A program made the position numbers and the translations under genes. A stretch of 42,080 bases of DNA, from NCBI GenBank assembly GCA_035629195.1, contig DASPIH010000102.1, positions 1 through 42,080 of the forward strand, written 5' to 3'. Source of the stretch: Blastococcus sp. (GTDB lineage Bacteria; Actinomycetota; Actinomycetes; Mycobacteriales; Geodermatophilaceae). Positions 36,589 to 42,080 of this stretch are shown one piece after another; within the stretch, counting starts at the first letter, position 1; every line of letters starts with the position of its first letter. The notes below the pieces were generated by a model. That model had not been told where the DNA came from and made no database searches. It saw nothing but the letters and a program-made list of their open reading frames with translations.

Positions 36589-38700
36589 GTGCAACCAGGT
36601 GACGACGGGCCCTCCGGGGTCCGGCTCGACCCGTTGAGCGGCGTGCCCGATGCGGCCTACCGGCTGGACCGGCACGGCCGCTTCGCCGAGTTGAACGCGG
36701 CCGCGGAACGGCTGCTGCAGCACCGCGCCGAGGACCTCATCGGGCGCCCCGCCCTCGACGCCTTCCCCGGGCTGCGCGGGTCCCCGGCCGAGGACCAGTA
36801 CCGCCAGATGCTCCAGGACGGGCGGCCGCGGGAGTTCCACTTCCTCTACGAGCCCCGGGGCCGTTGGTACGAGGGGAGGCTCTTCCCCGAGGCCGGCGGG
36901 GCGGTCGTGCTGTTCCGCGACGTCGACGCCCGTCATCGCCGGGAGATGAAGCGCGACGCCCAGGTGCGCCAGCTGACGTCGGTGCTGGAGGCGCTCCCCT
37001 CCCCGACCGTCCTCATCGACCGCGACGGACGGATCCTCTCCACGAACAGGGCCTGGCTCCGGAAGGCCGAGGCGCTGCCCGACGTGGTCGTGCCTGCCCG
37101 GCCGGGCGAGGACTACCTGCGCGTCATGTCGCGAGGCCTGGAGCCCGCGGTGCACGCCGAGCTCGTCGTCGGCCTCCGGGCACTGCTGGCCGGGGAGGAG
37201 CCCTCCGACGACGGCACGTTCCAGTGGAGCTACTCCTGCCGGCTGCAGGAGGGGCCCGGCTGGTTCCAGCTGCAGGCCACCCGGGTCGACGACGAGGGCC
37301 GGGTCGTCGTCACCCACCTCGACGTGTCAGAGCAGGTGCGGGCGCGGGAGGAACTGCTCTGGAAGGTCCGGCACGACGATCTGACCGGGCTGCCCAACCG
37401 GTCCTGGCTGCTGGAGCTGACCGGGCGGGCGCTGGCCGAGCAGGGCCGCACCGGTGGAGCCATGCTCCTGATCGACCTCGACGGTTTCAAGACGATCAAC
37501 GACTCCCTCGGGCACCAGATCGGTGACGAGTTGCTGCGCCTGGTGGCCGGCCGGCTGTCGGAGCACATCCGGCCCGGGGACACCGTCGCGCGGCTGGGTG
37601 GCGACCAGTTCGTGGTCCTCGCCCACGGGTGCGACGCCTCCGAGGCGGCGTCGATGGCGTTCCGCCTCCAGAAGGTGTTCAGCCGGCCGTTCCGGCCGGC
37701 GGGGATCTCGGTGCCGTTGAGCGCCAGCATCGGGGTCGCGGTGGCGCGGGCCGACGTCCGGGACGCCCACCACCTGCTCAGCGACGCCGACGCCGCGATG
37801 TTCGCCGCCAAGAGCTCGGGGCGGGATCGGGTGCACCTGTTCTCCCCGTCGCTGCGCGAGGCGGCCCGCTGGCGGCTGGAGGTGGCCACCCGGCTGCGCG
37901 AGGACGCCATCGACCAGCTGGTCGTGCACTACCAGCCGGTGGTGCGGCTGGACACCGGTGAGATCGAGGGCGTGGAGGCGCTGGTGCGCTGGCAGCACCC
38001 GGAGCGCGGCCTGCTCTCGCCGGACACCTTCCTGTCGGTGGCCGAGGAGACCGGCCAGATCATCCCGATCACCCGCTGGCTGTTGCAGGAGACGACCCGC
38101 AGAGCCGCTGACTGGGCCGCCGAAGGTCTCAAGCTCCGGATGTCGGTGAACGTGAGCGCGCGGCACTTCTCCGCCGAGACACTGGTGAGCGACGTCCGGA
38201 CGGCGCTCCAGCGGTCGGGCCTTCCGCCCGACCAGCTGATCCTGGAGCTCACCGAGACCAGCGTGGCGGAGGATCCGACGCGCGCGGAGGACCAGCTCGC
38301 GGTGCTGCGCAGCTTCGGCGTGCGGGTGGCCATCGACGACTTCGGCACCGGGTGGTCCTCGCTGGCCCAGCTGTTCTCGCTGCCCATCGGCACGCTCAAG
38401 ATCGACCGCTCGCTGCTGGCCGCGGCCGAGCGGGCGTCGGCCGGGGACACCGGCGCGGTGCTCGCGGCCATCGTCGGGCTCACCCGGACCCTGGGGATCC
38501 GGTCGGTCGCCGAGGGCATCGAGACCCCCGAGCACCTGCGGATGGTGCAGGCCGCCGGCTGCGACCTGGCGCAGGGCTGGCTGCTGGGTCACCCCATGCC
38601 GGCGGACCGCCTGCCGGCATGGGTGCACGCGGTGCAGCAGGCGGGCGGGGACGTGTGCGCGCTGGCCGCGGCCGGCCGGACCGTTCCCGCCCACGGATGA
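36589..38700 (+). CDS. PAS-PAS-GGDEF-EAL protein (c-di-GMP phosphodiesterase/cyclase)
   Basis: NAAAERLL PAS, HDDLTGLPNR, DLDGFKTINDSLGH, GGDQF, VEALVRW, ELTET and DDFGTGWSS motifs; start approximate. Confidence 0.9.
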   Translation: MQPGDDGPSGVRLDPLSGVPDAAYRLDRHGRFAELNAAAERLLQHRAEDLIGRPALDAFPGLRGSPAEDQYRQMLQDGRPREFHFLYEPRGRWYEGRLFPEAGGAVVLFRDVDARHRREMKRDAQVRQLTSVLEALPSPTVLIDRDGRILSTNRAWLRKAEALPDVVVPARPGEDYLRVMSRGLEPAVHAELVVGLRALLAGEEPSDDGTFQWSYSCRLQEGPGWFQLQATRVDDEGRVVVTHLDVSEQVRAREELLWKVRHDDLTGLPNRSWLLELTGRALAEQGRTGGAMLLIDLDGFKTINDSLGHQIGDELLRLVAGRLSEHIRPGDTVARLGGDQFVVLAHGCDASEAASMAFRLQKVFSRPFRPAGISVPLSASIGVAVARADVRDAHHLLSDADAAMFAAKSSGRDRVHLFSPSLREAARWRLEVATRLREDAIDQLVVHYQPVVRLDTGEIEGVEALVRWQHPERGLLSPDTFLSVAEETGQIIPITRWLLQETTRRAADWAAEGLKLRMSVNVSARHFSAETLVSDVRTALQRSGLPPDQLILELTETSVAEDPTRAEDQLAVLRSFGVRVAIDDFGTGWSSLAQLFSLPIGTLKIDRSLLAAAERASAGDTGAVLAAIVGLTRTLGIRSVAEGIETPEHLRMVQAAGCDLAQGWLLGHPMPADRLPAWVHAVQQAGGDVCALAAAGRTVPAHG

Positions 38701-39518
38701 CCGTCCGTCGCCGGATCCGGCGGGCCACCTCGCCGGTCGGACCGCCGCGGCCGGTCGAGGCCGCACCACCCGTGCACGCGCTCCCGGACGCCGCCCAGCA
38801 GACTGGGCTCGTGCTGGAGACCTCCGAGGCCGTGGCCGACGTCGACGACGAACCGCTGACCGCCGGCCGGCCGCGTCCTCCCCTGGACCTGCTCATCTGG
38901 GACGCCCCGAACATCGACATGACGCTGTCGACGGTGATCGGCGCGCGGCCCACGGCGGCCTCGCGCCCGCGGTTCGACGCGATCGCGGCCTGGTTCGTGG
39001 AGGGGGCCGGCGATCCGGCGGCCGGTGGGCGGGACGGGGACGGGGCGCCGGAGGTGGAGGCGTGCGTCTTCGCCAACATCCCGCCGCAGCCGGGCTCCCT
39101 GCAGCGGTGGGTCGAGGCGCTCCGCGGGTTCGGGTACGCCGTCTTCGCCCGCCCCAAGAGCCAGCCGGACGACGACATCGACCAGGACATGCTCGACCAC
39201 ATCGCGGTCCGCGCGCACAGCCACCGGCTGCGGCGGCTGGTGGTCTTCTCGGGTGACGGCCGGAACTTCGCCGACCCGCTGGAGGAGCTGGTCCGGCAGG
39301 GCACCCGGGTCGTCGTCGTCGCCTTCAGCGAGGTGGCCGGCTACGCCATCGGCTCGGACCTGCTCGAGTTCATCGACATCGAGGACGTGCCGGGCGCGTT
39401 CACGGAGCCGCTGGACCGGGTGCGCCTGGACGCACTGCCCCCGGACGGGGCCTGGCTGCGGCCCACCCGCAGCCTGCGGGACTTCGTCGCCGGTTTCACC
39501 GCGCGCCGCAACGGCTGA
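38697..39518 (+). CDS. NYN domain (PIN-like, LabA/DUF88) protein
   Basis: IWDAPNID, DDDIDQDM, FSGDGRNF and FIDIED motifs; ATGA overlap with the upstream stop. Confidence 0.85.
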   Translation: MTVRRRIRRATSPVGPPRPVEAAPPVHALPDAAQQTGLVLETSEAVADVDDEPLTAGRPRPPLDLLIWDAPNIDMTLSTVIGARPTAASRPRFDAIAAWFVEGAGDPAAGGRDGDGAPEVEACVFANIPPQPGSLQRWVEALRGFGYAVFARPKSQPDDDIDQDMLDHIAVRAHSHRLRRLVVFSGDGRNFADPLEELVRQGTRVVVVAFSEVAGYAIGSDLLEFIDIEDVPGAFTEPLDRVRLDALPPDGAWLRPTRSLRDFVAGFTARRNG

Positions 39519-39683
39519 TCCGCACCGCCCGGTCCGCCACGCGCCGGTCCTGTCCACGGACGGCGTGTCGGCCCGGCGCGTCGTCGCGCTGAGGCGCCGG
39601 CCGTCCGAGATCGCCGGTTACCTTCTCCCACTGCGGACGGTGCGCGCCGGCCGTCGGTGCGAGCACCGGATCGGAGAGGACCC

Positions 39684-40322
39684 ATGAGCAGCGTTCCCGG
39701 CGTCGACCACCCGGCCGAGCAGGCCGAGATCATCATCCGGCTGCGGACGAGCAACGAGTCGGTCAGCGCGGTCGTGGAGTCCGTCGACGACGGCGTCATG
39801 TCCGTGCGGCCGTCGACCGGCGAGTTCGCCGGGCAGTCCGGAACCGCGCCCGGGGAACTGGTCGACGTCCACTGGGTGGGCCTCGACGGTCACCGGTCGG
39901 CGCCCGCCGAGGTGACCGACGTGGAGCACGGCGACGTCGACCGGTGGCGGATGACGCAGACGGGTCCCGCGGAGCACAGCCAGCGCCGCGACGCCGTCCG
40001 CGGGCGGCTCGTCGTGCCCGTCACGGCGGACATCGCCGACGAGCGGCTCACCGGCGAGACCGCGGACCTCAGCGAGGGGGGCGTCCGTGCCGTGTTCGGA
40101 AAGCTGGATCCGGCTCCCGAGGAAGGCTCCCACCTCGCGCTGCAGATCATGCTGGAGGACGGGCCGGTGCTGGCCGGCGGCCGGGTCGTCCGCCTGCACA
40201 CGTGGGGCAAGCGGTCGACGCTGAGCATCGCGTTCCAGCAGATCGAGGAGCGGGACCGCGACCGCATCCGCCGGCGGGTGTTCCGCGCGCTGCGCGAGGA
40301 ACGGGCCCGCGAGGCGCAGTGA
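39684..40322 (+). CDS. PilZ domain c-di-GMP receptor (YcgR-like two-domain architecture)
   Basis: RxxxR (QRRDAVR) and DxSxxG (DLSEGG) motifs; GAGAGGA RBS. Confidence 0.88.
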   Translation: MSSVPGVDHPAEQAEIIIRLRTSNESVSAVVESVDDGVMSVRPSTGEFAGQSGTAPGELVDVHWVGLDGHRSAPAEVTDVEHGDVDRWRMTQTGPAEHSQRRDAVRGRLVVPVTADIADERLTGETADLSEGGVRAVFGKLDPAPEEGSHLALQIMLEDGPVLAGGRVVRLHTWGKRSTLSIAFQQIEERDRDRIRRRVFRALREERAREAQ

Positions 40323-40359
40323 GCGGGTAGGGCGGGCGTTCCCGGGGCAGTGCAGCACC

Positions 40360-42060
40360 GTGACCGCACCGCCCCGCCTCCCCGAGGCCCTCACGGCGCT
40401 CCGTGACCGGCTGTCCGACGCCCCCCTGGGGCTGGCCACACCCGGCCGGGACTCCGCCCTGCGGGCTGCCCGGGGCATCACCGACCAGATCGACGACTAC
40501 CTGCTCCCGCGGCTGCGCGACCTCGGCGCCCCGCTGCTCACCGTGATCGGCGGCTCCACCGGCGCGGGCAAGTCCACGCTGGTCAACAGCCTCGTGGGTG
40601 CCCCGGTCACCACCGCCGGCGTGCTGCGGCCCACCACCCGGGCACCGGTGCTGGTGTGCTCCCGGGCCGACGTGGGCGACTTCTCCGGGAACCGGGTGCT
40701 GCCGGGGCTCGCCCGCGTGACCGGTGGCGACGGCGGTCCGGGCACGGTGCAGGTCGTCGCCCGGGACGACGTCCCGCCCGGCCTGGCGTTGCTGGACGCC
40801 CCCGACGTCGACTCGGTGGTGGAGACCAATCGCGACCTCGCCGCCCAGCTGCTGGCCGCGGCGGACCTGTGGGTGTTCGTCACGACGGCGGCCCGGTACG
40901 CCGACGCGGTGCCCTGGGACGTCCTGCGCACGGCGCAGGAACGGGGGACCGCCCTCGCCGTCGTCCTGGACCGCGTGCCGCCCGAGGCGACCGGCGAGAT
41001 CGCCGCCGACCTGACGGGGATGCTGGAACGCGCGGGACTGGCCGGTGCCCGGCTGTTCGTGGTCGAGGAGACACCGCTGTCCGACGGGCGCCTCCCGGAG
41101 GAGCAGGTGGAACCGCTGCGCACCTGGCTGCACGGCCTGGCGGCCGACCAGGAGGAGCGGGCCGCCGTCGTCCGCCAGACGCTGACCGGTGCGCTCGACA
41201 GCCTGCTGCAGCGCACCTCCACGCTGGTCACCGAGGTGGAGGAGCAGACGGTCGCGGCCGGTGCGCTCCGGAGCGCCGCGGCGGCCGCCTACGACGCGGC
41301 GCGCGACGGCGTGGACCAGGGGGTCCGGGACGGCAGCCTGCTCCGCGGAGAGGTGCTGGCCCGCTGGCAGGAGTTCGTGGGCACCGGCGAGTGGATGCGG
41401 TCGCTGCAGGACCGGGTGGGCCGGGCGCGCGACCGCGTCAGCGCGGCCCTCACCGGCCGGCCGGCTCCGGCTCAGGGCCTGACCGTGGCGCTGGAGAGCA
41501 GCGTCGAGGCGCTCTTCCGCGCCGAGGCCGACCGGGCGGCCGAGCGCACGGTGACCGCCTGGCGGGCCCTGCCCGCCGGGCCGGCCCTGCTGGGCGCCGA
41601 GGAGCGGGACCTCGCCCGGGTCTCGCCGGACTTCCCCGAGGCCGCTGCGGCGCAGGTACGGGACTGGCAGGGGACGGTGCTGGACCTGGTGCGCGACCAG
41701 GGCGCCGACAAGCGCTCCCGCGCCCGGCTGCTGTCCTGGGGCATCAACGGCACGGGAGCCGTGGTGATGATCGCCGTCTTCGCGCAGACCGGCGGGCTGC
41801 TCGGTGGTGAGGTCGCCGTCGCCGGCGGCACGAGCGTGGTGGGGCAGCGGGTGCTGGAGGCGGTGTTCGGTGACGCGGCGGTGCGGGCGCTGGCGGAGCA
41901 GGCGCGCGCCGACCTCCGCGAGCGTGCCGACGCGCTGCTGCGGTACGAGCAGGACCGCTTCGACGACCGCGTGCTCGAGGTGGCGCCGTCCCCGACGGCG
42001 GCCGACGACCTCCGGGCCGCGGTGGCGGCGCTGGGCGAGGCCCGCAGGGCGGCGGCGTGA
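40360..42060 (+). CDS. Dynamin-like GTPase
   Basis: P-loop GGSTGAGKS, G2 RPTT, G3-like DAPD, helical stalk and a C-terminal hydrophobic paddle. Confidence 0.85.
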   Translation: MTAPPRLPEALTALRDRLSDAPLGLATPGRDSALRAARGITDQIDDYLLPRLRDLGAPLLTVIGGSTGAGKSTLVNSLVGAPVTTAGVLRPTTRAPVLVCSRADVGDFSGNRVLPGLARVTGGDGGPGTVQVVARDDVPPGLALLDAPDVDSVVETNRDLAAQLLAAADLWVFVTTAARYADAVPWDVLRTAQERGTALAVVLDRVPPEATGEIAADLTGMLERAGLAGARLFVVEETPLSDGRLPEEQVEPLRTWLHGLAADQEERAAVVRQTLTGALDSLLQRTSTLVTEVEEQTVAAGALRSAAAAAYDAARDGVDQGVRDGSLLRGEVLARWQEFVGTGEWMRSLQDRVGRARDRVSAALTGRPAPAQGLTVALESSVEALFRAEADRAAERTVTAWRALPAGPALLGAEERDLARVSPDFPEAAAAQVRDWQGTVLDLVRDQGADKRSRARLLSWGINGTGAVVMIAVFAQTGGLLGGEVAVAGGTSVVGQRVLEAVFGDAAVRALAEQARADLRERADALLRYEQDRFDDRVLEVAPSPTAADDLRAAVAALGEARRAAA

Positions 42061-42080
42061 GGCGCAACGCCGAGCGGCCC
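42057..42080 (+). CDS. Possible 5' start of the next gene (partner dynamin-like GTPase?)
   Basis: GTGA overlap with the upstream stop; only 8 codons visible; this family usually occurs as pairs. Confidence 0.3.

Noticed and set aside
39519-39683. Sigma28-like promoter upstream of the PilZ gene
   Set aside because: The best match (CTGA-N20-GCCGGT) has wrong spacing and weak boxes.

Overview
Very GC-rich actinobacterial chromosomal DNA; gene content and intergenic motifs suggest a Geodermatophilaceae-like organism (inference). Bases 1-13.5 kb hold the conserved cell-wall/division cluster, oriC-proximal in mycobacteria: Rv0010c-like gene, crgA, DUF881, trpG/pabA, pknB-pknA-pbpA-rodA-pstP-fhaB-fhaA and tRNA-Leu(CAG). 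A thiolase is inserted next to a probable DnaA-box cluster. From 13.6 to 42 kb is mixed accessory/housekeeping DNA: two GGDEF-EAL proteins (one with an H-NOX/V4R-like plus GAF sensor and a sigma28-like promoter), an aminotransferase/amidase pair, three phosphoesterases, pfkA with a divergent GntR and candidate operators, a frameshifted efeB-like remnant, two extra tandem PknA-like kinases and cinA. The window ends in a co-directional PAS-GGDEF-EAL / NYN / PilZ / dynamin-like GTPase run, the best candidate for an undescribed system. No integrase, transposase or CRISPR array was seen. Family calls come from motif recognition and synteny, not database searches; many start codons were moved from the ORF track using RBS or overlap evidence.
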